This document shows, one piece after another, positions 19,329-29,864 of a stretch of 64,000 nucleotides of DNA. The stretch is from Trichormus sp. ATA11-4-KO1 (lineage in GTDB: Bacteria > Cyanobacteriota > Cyanobacteriia > Cyanobacteriales > Nostocaceae): positions 16,388 to 80,387 of the forward strand of contig JAHHIM010000020.1 of assembly GCA_019358915.1 (NCBI GenBank). Direction: 5' to 3'. Within the stretch, counting starts at the first letter, position 1. The number at the start of each line of letters is the position of its first letter. Position numbers and translations under genes: made by a program. The notes under the pieces were generated by a model. That model had not been told where the DNA came from and did not search any database. It saw nothing but the letters and a program-made list of their open reading frames with translations.

Positions 19329-22300
19329 CAAACACTCACGATAATACTATTCATGGACTTTCCTCACAAACAAAACGTGAGCTTTTAGCAAAATTGCTGC
19401 AAGAAAAAGTGGGGAAGCCTCAAATTTTCCCCATGTCTTTTGCTCAACAAAGAATTTGGTTTATAGACCAATTACAGCCTGGAAATTTTGCTAATCATAT
19501 ATGGGCAGCTTTGCATATTCAGGGTTGCTTAAATCAAGTTTCATTATTACAAACTCTGAACGAAATCGTGCATCGCCATGAGGTTTTGCGAACTACTTTC
19601 GCAACTATATCAGAACAACCTGTTCAGGTGATTATTCCTAATTTAAACTTGGATTTACCAATTATCAATCTGGAAAATCTATCTAAGATTGAGCAAGGAA
19701 CTGAAGTTAAAAAGTTAGTTAGACAAGAAATAGAAAAACCCTTCAATTTGAGCCAACCTCCATTACTGCGAGCTACTTTGCTGCGTCTAGGTGAGATAGA
19801 ACATATTGTAGTGTTTACAATGCACCACATTATCTCTGATGGTTGGTCAATGGGAGTGCTAATTCAAGAAGTCGCAGCACTTTATGAAGCCTTCTCAAAA
19901 GGACAACCCTCACCCTTAGCAGAATTGCCAATTCAATACGTAGACTTCGCTGCTTGGCAACGACAATGGCTACAACAAGAAGTATTAAAATCACAAATAT
20001 CTTATTGGAAAAAACAGTTAGAGGGCGTACCCAAATTATTGGAATTACCCACTAACTACCCAAGACCAGCAATTCAAACTTTCCGGGGTGCAACCTATTC
20101 ATTTAAGTTATCTGATGAATTATCTATAGCCTTAAATAAGTTAAGCCAGCAGCATGGAATTACCTTATTTATGACCCTGTTGGCAGCTTGGCAAACACTG
20201 CTATGGCATTATACGGGTAATGAAGATATTGTAGTTGGGTCGCCCATTGCTAATCGCAACCGATCTGAACTAGAAGGATTAATTGGATTTTTTGCCAATA
20301 CAATTGTACTGAGAACTAATTTGGCAGGTAATCCCAGGTTTACAGAGCTACTCAAACGGGTGCAGGAAGTAGCATTGGGAGCTTATGCTCACCAAGACTT
20401 GCCTTTTGAGTTGTTAGTTGAAGAACTACAGCCACAGCGAGACTTAAGTCATACACCGCTATTTCAAGTGATGTTTGTGCTTCAGAATGCTCCCATGTCT
20501 GCGTTAGAGTTACCTGGTTTAACTATTAGTCCGTTAAATTTTGATAATGGCACGGCCAAGTTTGATTTGACTCTAGACATGACAGAAACCGAACAGGGAC
20601 TATTTGGCACTTTAGAATACGATACTGATTTGTTTACGGAAACTTCCATAAAAAGAATGGCGGGTCATTTGCAAACTTTGCTAGCAGGAATTGTAACTAA
20701 TCCACAGCAGCGTCTTGCAGAATCATCACTGCTCACAGAATCTGAAAAACATCAATTACTTGTAGAGTGGAACAATACAAAAATTGAGTATTCTCAGTGT
20801 CAATGTATTCATCAATTGTTTGAGGCGCAAGTAGAACGGAAACCTGATGCTATAGCTGTAGTATTTGCAGACCAACAGTTAACCTATCAGGAACTCAACA
20901 ACAGAGCCAATCAACTAGCACATTATTTGCAACTACTGGGAGTGCAACCAGAGGTCTTGGTAGGAATTTGTGTAGAGCGATCGCTTGATATGATCATTGG
21001 CATATTAGCTATCCTCAAGGCTGGTGGTGCATACATCCCACTAGACCCTAATTATCCCCAAGAACGATTAGCATTCATCCTCGAAGATACCCACGTGTCG
21101 GTGGTGTTGACTCAAGCCTCGCTGTTGACAAAAATACCCCAACACCAAGCACAAGTCATTTGTTTAGATGCTGATTGGCAAACAAATACCCAACAAAGCC
21201 AAGAAAATTTATTCTCCCAACTCACTCCTGATAACTTGGCTTATGTTATCTATACCTCTGGTTCCACAGGTAAGCCCAAGGGTGTGCAAATTACCCACAA
21301 GGCTTTGAGCAACTTTCTGTTGGCGATGAAACAAACCCCTGGAATCACCGCAGAAGACATCTTACTCGCAGTCACGACCTATTCTTTTGATATTGCAGCA
21401 TTAGAATTATTTTTACCAATCATCATCGGCGCGCGCTCAGTCATTGTTAGCCGGGAAATAGCCGTAGATGGAATACAGTTGTCAGCAAAACTAATTGACT
21501 CAAAAGCTACAGTTATGCAAGCCACACCAGCTACTTGGCAGTTACTTTTAACAGCAGGTTGGAGTGGTAATCGTCAATTAAAAATTCTTTGTGGTGGCGA
21601 AGCTTTACCCGTACATTTAGCTCATCAATTACGTCAACAATGTGCTTCTTTGTGGAATATGTACGGCCCTACCGAAACCACAATTTGGTCAGCAGCATCA
21701 GAGGTCAAAACTGATAGCGAAGTTGTATCCATTAGTCAGCCAATTGCCAATACGCAATTATATATCTTAGACCAATATAACCAGTTAGTTCCTGTAGGTG
21801 TAGCAGGCGAATTACATATAGGCGGGGATGGATTGGCGCGTGGGTATTTCCTCCGTCCTGATATTACAGCAGAAAAATTTATTCCTCATCCCTACGCTAA
21901 AAACATAGGAGAAAGGTTATACAAAACTGGAGATTTAGCCCGTTATCTGCCGAATGGAGAGATAGAGTACATTGGTCGGATTGACTATCAAGTAAAAGTA
22001 CGTGGTTTTCGGATTGAACTAGGCGAAATTGAAGCTGTCATCAATCAATATCCCGCAGTTCGAGAAACCATAGTCACAGTACGAGAAGATGAAGTAGATT
22101 CTCAGAGTTTAGTAGCTTATGTAGTTCCTCAAGTTCAGCAAAGATTGGTAACTACAGAATTGCGAAGATTCTTAGAGTCAAAGTTGCCTAGTTACATGAT
22201 ACCGGGGGCTGTTGTCATGCTGGAGGCGCTGCCACTCACGCCTAATGGTAAAGTTGACCGCAAAGCTTTACCTGCTCCTGATTTGACATTGTTATCATCA

Positions 22301-24010
22301 GTTAATCTGCTGACTGCGACTACACCGATTGAGAATTTATTAACGGGTATTTGGGCGGAAGTACTTGGTATTAATCAAATAGGTGTTGAGCAAAATTTCT
22401 TTGAATTGGGAGGACACTCTTTAATTGCGACTCGCGTTATTTCCCAAATTCGCCAAGTGTTTCAAGTAGAGTTACCTTTAAGTTATTTGTTTGCAAAACC
22501 AACTATTGCTGGACTAGCAAAAGAAATTGAAAAAGCGATTCAGGCAAACTCAGGAGTTGAACAGACGAATATTGAGCGAGTTGAGCGATCGCCACAATTA
22601 CCGCTATCATTTGCTCAACAAAGACTGTGGTTTCTCGACCAGTTGGAACCAAACAACAGTGCCTATAACATTTTCCACGCTGTAAGGATTCAGGGTTCGC
22701 TCAACATTGTTGCACTCAAGCAGAGTTTCCAGGAAATTGTGCAGCGTCATGAAGCTTTGCGAACCAGCTTTCAAACTATAGATGGTCAACCAATACAGGT
22801 TATTGCTCCCATCCTAAATCTGTCCATCCCCGTCATAGATTTAAGTGAATGCTCTTTATTAGAACAAGAACTAGAGATCCATCAGTTAGCCACACAAGAG
22901 GCGCAACAACCTTTTGACTTAACCCAATGCCCTTTACTCAGGGTGACTCTAGTGCAATTGCACGCACAAGAATACATCATCCTGCTGACAATACACCACA
23001 TTGTCTCAGATGCCTGGTCAATGGGGATATTAGTTGAGGAATTAGCAGCGCTGTACCCCGTCTTTTGCACTGGTAAGCCTTTGCAACTTGCGGAATTACC
23101 TATCCAGTATGCAGATTTTGCAGTTTGGCAGCGCCAATGGTTCCAAAAAGATGTATTACAAACCCAGCTTGCTTATTGGAAACAACAACTAGGTAGTACA
23201 TGTCCCCGATTAGCATTGCCTAAACCATCTTTGCGTGCAACTGTTGAAACTAACCAAGGTGCAAAGCAATCATTTACATTGTCTCCAGAGATAAGTGAGG
23301 CGATTAATCTGCTAAGTCGTGAAAAAGGGGTAACTTTATTCATGACATTGCTAGCAGCTTTCCAAGTGTTGCTTTATTGTTTTACAGGTACTCAAGATAT
23401 CCGAATTGGTTCACCCATCGCCAACCGCAACCGAGTGGAGATTGAAAAACTGATTGGATTCTTTGTCAATACCTTGGTGCTACGTATCGACTTATCTGGT
23501 AATCCTAGTTTCTCAGAATTATTGGTGCGATCGCGTCAAGTTACCTTAGAAGCCTATGCACATCAATACTTGCCTTTTGAAAAACTCGTAGAAGAACTAC
23601 AACCACAAAGAAATTTAAATCATCATCCATTGTATCAAGCATGGTTTGTCCTCCAAAATACTCCCATGCCGCCGTTAGAACTACCAAATTTAACCCTCAC
23701 TTCATTTGAGGTTGACAGCAATCCAGTGCGACATGATTTACTTTTAGAAATTTGGCCAAGTCCAGAAGGTCTTAAAGGCAGGTTTGAGTATAAAACTGAC
23801 TTATTTGACAAGGCTAGTATTTCTCGATTGATTAAATATTTAAACACACTTCTAAGCCATGTTGTTGCACATCCAAATACAACGCTCAATGAACTAGCAA
23901 CAATGATTGCTCAAATTGATAGAGAACAACAGAAACTGCAAAAACAAGAACTTCAAGCCACAGAACATCAGAAATTAAAGATGATTAAACGAAAAACTAT
24001 CCGCAATTAA
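19325..24010 (+). CDS. NRPS C-A(Gly)-T-C
   Basis: C HHIISDG; A pocket DILQLGMIW (Gly type); T GGHSL; terminal C HHIVSDA. Confidence 0.92.
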   Translation: MTNTHDNTIHGLSSQTKRELLAKLLQEKVGKPQIFPMSFAQQRIWFIDQLQPGNFANHIWAALHIQGCLNQVSLLQTLNEIVHRHEVLRTTFATISEQPVQVIIPNLNLDLPIINLENLSKIEQGTEVKKLVRQEIEKPFNLSQPPLLRATLLRLGEIEHIVVFTMHHIISDGWSMGVLIQEVAALYEAFSKGQPSPLAELPIQYVDFAAWQRQWLQQEVLKSQISYWKKQLEGVPKLLELPTNYPRPAIQTFRGATYSFKLSDELSIALNKLSQQHGITLFMTLLAAWQTLLWHYTGNEDIVVGSPIANRNRSELEGLIGFFANTIVLRTNLAGNPRFTELLKRVQEVALGAYAHQDLPFELLVEELQPQRDLSHTPLFQVMFVLQNAPMSALELPGLTISPLNFDNGTAKFDLTLDMTETEQGLFGTLEYDTDLFTETSIKRMAGHLQTLLAGIVTNPQQRLAESSLLTESEKHQLLVEWNNTKIEYSQCQCIHQLFEAQVERKPDAIAVVFADQQLTYQELNNRANQLAHYLQLLGVQPEVLVGICVERSLDMIIGILAILKAGGAYIPLDPNYPQERLAFILEDTHVSVVLTQASLLTKIPQHQAQVICLDADWQTNTQQSQENLFSQLTPDNLAYVIYTSGSTGKPKGVQITHKALSNFLLAMKQTPGITAEDILLAVTTYSFDIAALELFLPIIIGARSVIVSREIAVDGIQLSAKLIDSKATVMQATPATWQLLLTAGWSGNRQLKILCGGEALPVHLAHQLRQQCASLWNMYGPTETTIWSAASEVKTDSEVVSISQPIANTQLYILDQYNQLVPVGVAGELHIGGDGLARGYFLRPDITAEKFIPHPYAKNIGERLYKTGDLARYLPNGEIEYIGRIDYQVKVRGFRIELGEIEAVINQYPAVRETIVTVREDEVDSQSLVAYVVPQVQQRLVTTELRRFLESKLPSYMIPGAVVMLEALPLTPNGKVDRKALPAPDLTLLSSVNLLTATTPIENLLTGIWAEVLGINQIGVEQNFFELGGHSLIATRVISQIRQVFQVELPLSYLFAKPTIAGLAKEIEKAIQANSGVEQTNIERVERSPQLPLSFAQQRLWFLDQLEPNNSAYNIFHAVRIQGSLNIVALKQSFQEIVQRHEALRTSFQTIDGQPIQVIAPILNLSIPVIDLSECSLLEQELEIHQLATQEAQQPFDLTQCPLLRVTLVQLHAQEYIILLTIHHIVSDAWSMGILVEELAALYPVFCTGKPLQLAELPIQYADFAVWQRQWFQKDVLQTQLAYWKQQLGSTCPRLALPKPSLRATVETNQGAKQSFTLSPEISEAINLLSREKGVTLFMTLLAAFQVLLYCFTGTQDIRIGSPIANRNRVEIEKLIGFFVNTLVLRIDLSGNPSFSELLVRSRQVTLEAYAHQYLPFEKLVEELQPQRNLNHHPLYQAWFVLQNTPMPPLELPNLTLTSFEVDSNPVRHDLLLEIWPSPEGLKGRFEYKTDLFDKASISRLIKYLNTLLSHVVAHPNTTLNELATMIAQIDREQQKLQKQELQATEHQKLKMIKRKTIRN

Positions 24011-24025
24011 ATCAGAAAATTAACA

Positions 24026-25084
24026 ATGACAAATACCAGTTTTAATAAAAAAATCAAAAAATTGGGGATTATCAATCGTAAATCTGTCAGTGTATCCCCA
24101 GACGAATTAATCAAAATCTCGTATTTGCAACCCAAAACCTCTCTTCCTTTAATTGTGCAACCAAATGTAGAATCCTTAAATCTGATAGTTTGGACTCAGC
24201 ATAATCGCCCTTGGATTGAAAAGAATTTATTGCAACATGGAGGCATACTTTTTCGAGATTTTAACGTCAAAAATATAACTGAATTTGAGCAATTTATGCA
24301 AGCAATTTCAGGAAACTTGCTGCAATATTCTTATCGTTCTACGCCACGTACTCAGGTCAGTGAAAATATTTATACTTCTACTGAATATCCGGCAACTCAT
24401 TTCATTCCTTTACATAATGAAATGTCTTACTCTCGTACTTGGCCGATGAAAATTGCCTTTTTTTGTATTAATAAAGCGCCACAAGGAGGAGAAACGCCAA
24501 TTGCAGATAGTCGCCGGATTTTTGCTCGTTTAGATACAAAAATTAAAGAAAAGTTCCTGCAAAAACAAGTAATGTATGTGCGAAACTATGGAATAGGATT
24601 AGATTTATCCTGGCAGAATGTCTTTAATACTAATAACAAATCTGAAGTAGAAGCATATTGCCAGAAAATAGGAATTGAATTAGAGTGGAAAGATAGTGAT
24701 ACTTCCGGTATCAGCTTAAAAACTCGTCAAATCTGTCAAGCCGTTGCCAAGCATCCCCAGACATCCGAAATAGTTTGGTTTAATCAAGCTCATTTATTCC
24801 ATGTATCTAATCTAGAACCAACTATTCGCGCACAGCTTTTGGCTGATTTCTCAGAAGAAAATTTACCTCGCAATAGTTATTACGGTGATGGTTCTGCCAT
24901 TGAGACTTCGATATTAGAAGAAATTCGAGAAATTTATCAGCAAGAAGCAATTATTTTTCCTTGGCAAGCAGGAGATATATTGCTACTGGATAATATGCTG
25001 GCTGCACATGGTAGGATGCCATTTCAAGGCTCACGTAAGGTTGTAGTCGGGATGGCTGAAGAATACAATTGTCAGGAAGTTTAG
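24026..25084 (+). CDS. Stand-alone TauD/SyrP-like Fe(II)/2-oxoglutarate aspartyl beta-hydroxylase
   Basis: RSTPRT, YTSTEYP, HNEMSY, GGETPIAD, WFNQAHLFH and DNMLAAHGR; immediately precedes an Asp module. Confidence 0.88.
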   Translation: MTNTSFNKKIKKLGIINRKSVSVSPDELIKISYLQPKTSLPLIVQPNVESLNLIVWTQHNRPWIEKNLLQHGGILFRDFNVKNITEFEQFMQAISGNLLQYSYRSTPRTQVSENIYTSTEYPATHFIPLHNEMSYSRTWPMKIAFFCINKAPQGGETPIADSRRIFARLDTKIKEKFLQKQVMYVRNYGIGLDLSWQNVFNTNNKSEVEAYCQKIGIELEWKDSDTSGISLKTRQICQAVAKHPQTSEIVWFNQAHLFHVSNLEPTIRAQLLADFSEENLPRNSYYGDGSAIETSILEEIREIYQQEAIIFPWQAGDILLLDNMLAAHGRMPFQGSRKVVVGMAEEYNCQEV

Positions 25085-25105
25085 TGCAAAAAACAGGTTT
25101 TGAAT

Positions 25106-28100
25106 ATGCAAAAACAACAAATTTCAGGATTTAGATTATCTCCCCAACAAAAGCATTTATGGTTATTACAACAAAATGATTTAACTGCACCATATCGCGT
25201 CCAGTGTGCAGTTCTAATCACCGAAAAATTGAAGACTGATGTGTTAAAAACAGCATTACAAAATGTTGTTAATCAATATGAGATTCTGCGGACTACTTTT
25301 TCTTTCCTTCCCGGAATGGAAATACCATTACAAGTGATAGTTGATAATTATAATATTTCTCTGACTGAATTTAATTTCACTGATTTGTCCTGGCAAGAGC
25401 AAGAAAGTAAAATTGAGTCACTATTGACTGAAATAAAAACAGTACATTTTAATTTAGAAAATAATCCACCATTCCAAGCATACATTGTCAGTTTATCCTC
25501 AGAAAAATATATACTAATATTAAATTTATCTGCATTAATCGCAGATAGCTCAACTCTCAAATATTTGATAAATAAAATTAGTACTTCATACTCAGCCTGC
25601 TTACAAGGTCAAGATATTAGTAATGAACCAATACAATATGCAGATATTGCTGAATGGCAAAACGAACTTCTAGATTCAGAAGAGTCAGAGCTAGGGAAAG
25701 AGTATTGGCGCAAACAAGATATTACTTCTATTGATAATTTGCATCTTTGGTTTGAAAATCAACAAATTGAAACTTCAGAATTTCAGCCTCAATGTATTTC
25801 TTTAACTATCAATAATGATTTAGTAAAACAAATAGAATCATTAACTCATATATATAATGTCAATAAATGTGATTTTCTGCTAGCTTGTTGGCTAATAATG
25901 CTTTGGAAAATCACCAGACAGCCAGATATGTTTATTGGTGTTGCTAGTGATGGGAGAAAATATGAAGAATTAGACCAAGCTTTAGGACTGTTAACTAAGT
26001 ATTTACCACTTTGTTTTCATTTAGAAGCAGAATTTAAATTTAGTGAAATATTAAAACAAGTAACTGAGTCTGCAAATAACGCCTACGAATGGCAAGAATA
26101 TTTTACCTGGGAGGAAACATTTAAATCAGAAGCTTTTTGTCCATTTAGTTTTGAATTTGCAGAAAATTATTCTGTTGCAGACCTATCATTTTCTCTATAT
26201 AAACAGTATTCTTGTATCGATAAATTTAAAATTAATTTAATTTGCATTGACAAAAGTGATAGTTTAATTACTGAATTACATTTTGATGCAAATTTGTATA
26301 ATACTCAAGATATCCAAACTTTATCAGAACAGTTCAAAACTTTATTAGAAGATGCAATTGCCAATCCTGAAGCTACCATTAGTCAGCTAAATATTCTCAG
26401 CGATCGCACATTACAAAAAATTCTCGTTGAGTTCAACAATACAACTGTCGATTATCCCTCAAATAAGTGCCTACATCAGCTATTTGAAGAACAAGTAGCA
26501 CGCACACCAGAGCAAATAGCTGTTATCTTTGAGCAACAACAACTAACTTATACACAGTTAAATGCACGAGCTAATCAACTAGCTCATTACTTGCGCCAGC
26601 ACGGAGTAGGATCTGAAGTAGTGGTTGCACTGTATATGGAGCGATCGCTAGAATTAATTATCGGATTATTAGCTATTCTCAAAGCTGGTGGAGCTTATAT
26701 TCCCCTAGATCCAGCGTATCCCCAAGAGCGTTTAGCCTGGATGCTGGCAGATGCCAAAGTACCAATATTATTAACTCAACAGCAGCTAGTCAAAACCCTC
26801 CCCGAACATTCAGCACAGGTAATATGCTGGGATCAGGAAGAGGATGCGATCGCTCACCAGAGCCAGGAAAATCCTCATAGCAGCGTGAATCCTGAAAATT
26901 TGGTCTATGTATTGTTCACATCTGGCTCTACTGGCAAACCCAAAGGAGTTGCAGTTGAGCATCGACAACTGAGTAACTACCTCAACGCGATCGTTCAAAC
27001 GCTAGACTTATCTGGATGTAACAGCTTTGCTCACATTTCTACCTTTGCAGCTGATTTAGGCAACACCATTATCTTTCCTTCCCTTTGTACAGGCGGATGT
27101 CTGCACATAGTTTCCTCAGAACGGATTTCCAACCCAGAAGCACTAGCAGACTATTTTCACCAACACCCCATCGATTGCCTTAAGATTGTTCCTGCTCACC
27201 TGGCAGCTCTAATGACAGCTTCTCAACCAGAAAAAATCTTACCTCGACAACGCCTGATTTTAGGTGGTGAGGCTTGTAATTGGCAGTTAATTGAGCAAAT
27301 TCAGCAATTAACTACTGAGTGCCGCATTTTTAACCACTACGGCCCCACGGAAACTACTGTCGGTGTACTAACCTACCCCATTGAGCCAGGAAAAACCCCA
27401 CTTAACTCTAATACAGTTCCCATTGGGCGACCAATTCCTAATACGCAAATCTATATATTAGACTCTTGCTTACAACCAGTACCCATAGGAGTGCCTGGTG
27501 AGTTACACATTGGTGGTGCAAGTGTAACTAGAGGCTACCTCAATCATCCCGACTTAACAAATCAAAAGTTTATTACCAATCCTTTCATAAAAACAGGATG
27601 TCTCTACAAAACCGGAGATTTAGCTCGCTACTTACCAGATGGAAACATTGAGTTTCTCGGCAGAATTGACCAGCAAGTTAAAATTCGCGGTTACCGTATT
27701 GAGTTAGGAGAGATTGAGATAGTACTCAAACAACACCCATCGATGCGGGAGGCTGTGGTTATCTGCCATGAAGAACAAACAGGTAACAAGCGGCTAATTG
27801 CTTATGTAGTAGTAAAAACACAATCTGCCCTAAATAATACCCATCTGCGCGAATTTTTGCAGGAAAAGCTACCCCAGTATATGCTGCCGTCGGTATTCAT
27901 GCAGTTGCAGGCTTTACCGTTATTGCCCAATGGCAAAATAAACCGCCAAGCTTTACCAGTACCCGATACCAGCAAGGCAGAGTTTGCTGTCGCACCTCGT
28001 ACCCAGGTTGAAGAAGTGTTAGCTGGAATTTGGGCAGATATTCTAGAACTACCGCAAGTTGGTATCTATGACAACTTCTTTGAGGTAGGTGGAGATTCGA

Positions 28101-28366
28101 TTCTCAGCATTCGCATTGTTGCTAAAGCCAATCAAGCGGGTTTACAACTTACCCCCAAGCAGATGTTTGAATATCAGACAATTGCCGAACTCGCAGCCGT
28201 GGTGCAGGTAAATCAAGAGAAGCAACTGGAAGAGGAAATTCCGTTGACACCCCCTCAACCTCCGTCTCACAACAGCGCAAGTTATACACCCTCCGACTTT
28301 CCGCAAGCAAATTTAAACCAAAAAGATTTAGATAATTTTCTGACAAAACTCAATCAAAAAAAATGA
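25106..28366 (+). CDS. NRPS interface(C-like)-A(Asp)-T with a vestigial, deleted E domain
   Basis: GFRLSPQQKHLW start; LSALIAD in place of HHxxxDG; A pocket DLTKIGHVG (Asp); T GGDSI; then PLTP..YTPSDFP. Alternative TTG start at 25100. Confidence 0.88.
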   Translation: MQKQQISGFRLSPQQKHLWLLQQNDLTAPYRVQCAVLITEKLKTDVLKTALQNVVNQYEILRTTFSFLPGMEIPLQVIVDNYNISLTEFNFTDLSWQEQESKIESLLTEIKTVHFNLENNPPFQAYIVSLSSEKYILILNLSALIADSSTLKYLINKISTSYSACLQGQDISNEPIQYADIAEWQNELLDSEESELGKEYWRKQDITSIDNLHLWFENQQIETSEFQPQCISLTINNDLVKQIESLTHIYNVNKCDFLLACWLIMLWKITRQPDMFIGVASDGRKYEELDQALGLLTKYLPLCFHLEAEFKFSEILKQVTESANNAYEWQEYFTWEETFKSEAFCPFSFEFAENYSVADLSFSLYKQYSCIDKFKINLICIDKSDSLITELHFDANLYNTQDIQTLSEQFKTLLEDAIANPEATISQLNILSDRTLQKILVEFNNTTVDYPSNKCLHQLFEEQVARTPEQIAVIFEQQQLTYTQLNARANQLAHYLRQHGVGSEVVVALYMERSLELIIGLLAILKAGGAYIPLDPAYPQERLAWMLADAKVPILLTQQQLVKTLPEHSAQVICWDQEEDAIAHQSQENPHSSVNPENLVYVLFTSGSTGKPKGVAVEHRQLSNYLNAIVQTLDLSGCNSFAHISTFAADLGNTIIFPSLCTGGCLHIVSSERISNPEALADYFHQHPIDCLKIVPAHLAALMTASQPEKILPRQRLILGGEACNWQLIEQIQQLTTECRIFNHYGPTETTVGVLTYPIEPGKTPLNSNTVPIGRPIPNTQIYILDSCLQPVPIGVPGELHIGGASVTRGYLNHPDLTNQKFITNPFIKTGCLYKTGDLARYLPDGNIEFLGRIDQQVKIRGYRIELGEIEIVLKQHPSMREAVVICHEEQTGNKRLIAYVVVKTQSALNNTHLREFLQEKLPQYMLPSVFMQLQALPLLPNGKINRQALPVPDTSKAEFAVAPRTQVEEVLAGIWADILELPQVGIYDNFFEVGGDSILSIRIVAKANQAGLQLTPKQMFEYQTIAELAAVVQVNQEKQLEEEIPLTPPQPPSHNSASYTPSDFPQANLNQKDLDNFLTKLNQKK

Positions 28367-29784
28367 AAACAGAAAACATCGAAGATATTTACGAACTGTC
28401 ACCAATACAAAAAGGGATTCTGTTTCACAGCTTATTTGCTCCGGAATTGGGACTGTATTTTTTTCAGATGCCCTTTGTTTTGCGTGGTCATCTTAATGTT
28501 GCAGCTTTTGAGCAAGCTTGGCAAGAAGTAGCAGCTAGACACACAATCTTACGCACTGGTTTTTATTGGGAAGACATTAACAAACCACTACAAGTGGTGT
28601 ATCGAGAAATCCAAATAACTCTAGATGAGCATGATTGGCGGGAAATAGATTCTAGTCAACAGCAACAGCAATTAAAGTCATTTCTGGAGAGCGATCGCCA
28701 GCGAGGCTTTGATATGTCTCAAGAATGTTTAATGCGTCTGAGTTTGTTCCGCCTCACAGATGATTGTTATCAATTTGTTTGGAGCCGACACTTTATCGTT
28801 TTAGATGGGTGGTCAGTACCTATAGTGCTGAATGAGGTAATTCAAATTTATGAAGGACTTTGTCAAGGTAAGCAAGTATCGTTAACACCCAGCATTCCCT
28901 ATCGGCATTACATCAACTGGTTGCAAAAGCAAAATATATCTGAAGCAGAGGTATTCTGGCGACAAGCATTGCATGGTTTAAAAACCCCTACTTCCTTACA
29001 AAAGTTAAATGCAAAAAATCTTTCTCCCCAGGAAGCAAAATATGAAGAACAACGCATCACTGTATCGACAGCAACCACAACAGCCCTACAGTTTCTAGCA
29101 AGACAGCATCAGCTGACGCTGAGTACACTTTTTCAGGGATTATGGGCTATTCTTTTGAGTCACTATAGTGGTGAAAAAAAAGTCCTTTATGGGTGTACTG
29201 TTGCTGGTCGTCCTATCGAACTAGTCAGAGAAGAACCACTTTTAGGATTATTTGTTAACAGCTTGCCTGTATGGGTGGACGTGGACGCTGAACAATTTCT
29301 GCTGGTGTGGCTGAAGCAACTTCAAAAACAAATAGTTGAAATGCGCCAGTATGAATGGACACCATTGGTAGAGATTCAAGGATGGAGTGAAATACCACGT
29401 AGCTTACCTTTATTTGAGAGCATTTTAGTCTATGAAAACGCACCAGTAGAGAAAATTTTACAAGAAGGGCATAGTATTATAGATATCTCAAATTCATCTA
29501 TATTCTCTGATTCAAGTACTTTTTATAAGACTAACTATCCTATCGCAATAGCTGTTTATCCAGGTTCCAGTTTTTGTATTGGCATTGATTATGATTTCCG
29601 CCGCTTCGACGCTGCAACAATTACTGGCATATTGCAGCATTTTGATATCTTACTCCAAAACATAATAAATCATCCTGAAGTGCGTATTCAGGAATTATCT
29701 TTGCTGACGGATCGAGAGCAAAACATCTCTGTGATGTTGGAAAAACAAATAATATTTAATTTTAATTTAACTGCGTGCAATTAG
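28363..29784 (+). CDS. Second free-standing DCL-like condensation domain with a non-canonical active site
   Basis: IEDIYELSPIQKGILFH, RHTILRTGF and TNYPI; active site WSRHFIVLDGWS; clear paralog of 9025..10422. Confidence 0.85.
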   Translation: MKTENIEDIYELSPIQKGILFHSLFAPELGLYFFQMPFVLRGHLNVAAFEQAWQEVAARHTILRTGFYWEDINKPLQVVYREIQITLDEHDWREIDSSQQQQQLKSFLESDRQRGFDMSQECLMRLSLFRLTDDCYQFVWSRHFIVLDGWSVPIVLNEVIQIYEGLCQGKQVSLTPSIPYRHYINWLQKQNISEAEVFWRQALHGLKTPTSLQKLNAKNLSPQEAKYEEQRITVSTATTTALQFLARQHQLTLSTLFQGLWAILLSHYSGEKKVLYGCTVAGRPIELVREEPLLGLFVNSLPVWVDVDAEQFLLVWLKQLQKQIVEMRQYEWTPLVEIQGWSEIPRSLPLFESILVYENAPVEKILQEGHSIIDISNSSIFSDSSTFYKTNYPIAIAVYPGSSFCIGIDYDFRRFDAATITGILQHFDILLQNIINHPEVRIQELSLLTDREQNISVMLEKQIIFNFNLTACN

Positions 29785-29864
29785 GAATATGAGGATAGTG
29801 GAATTTATTACCTCAATCTGATTAAGCTTATTTTAATACATCTTTCTTTTCCCAAACTTTAATC

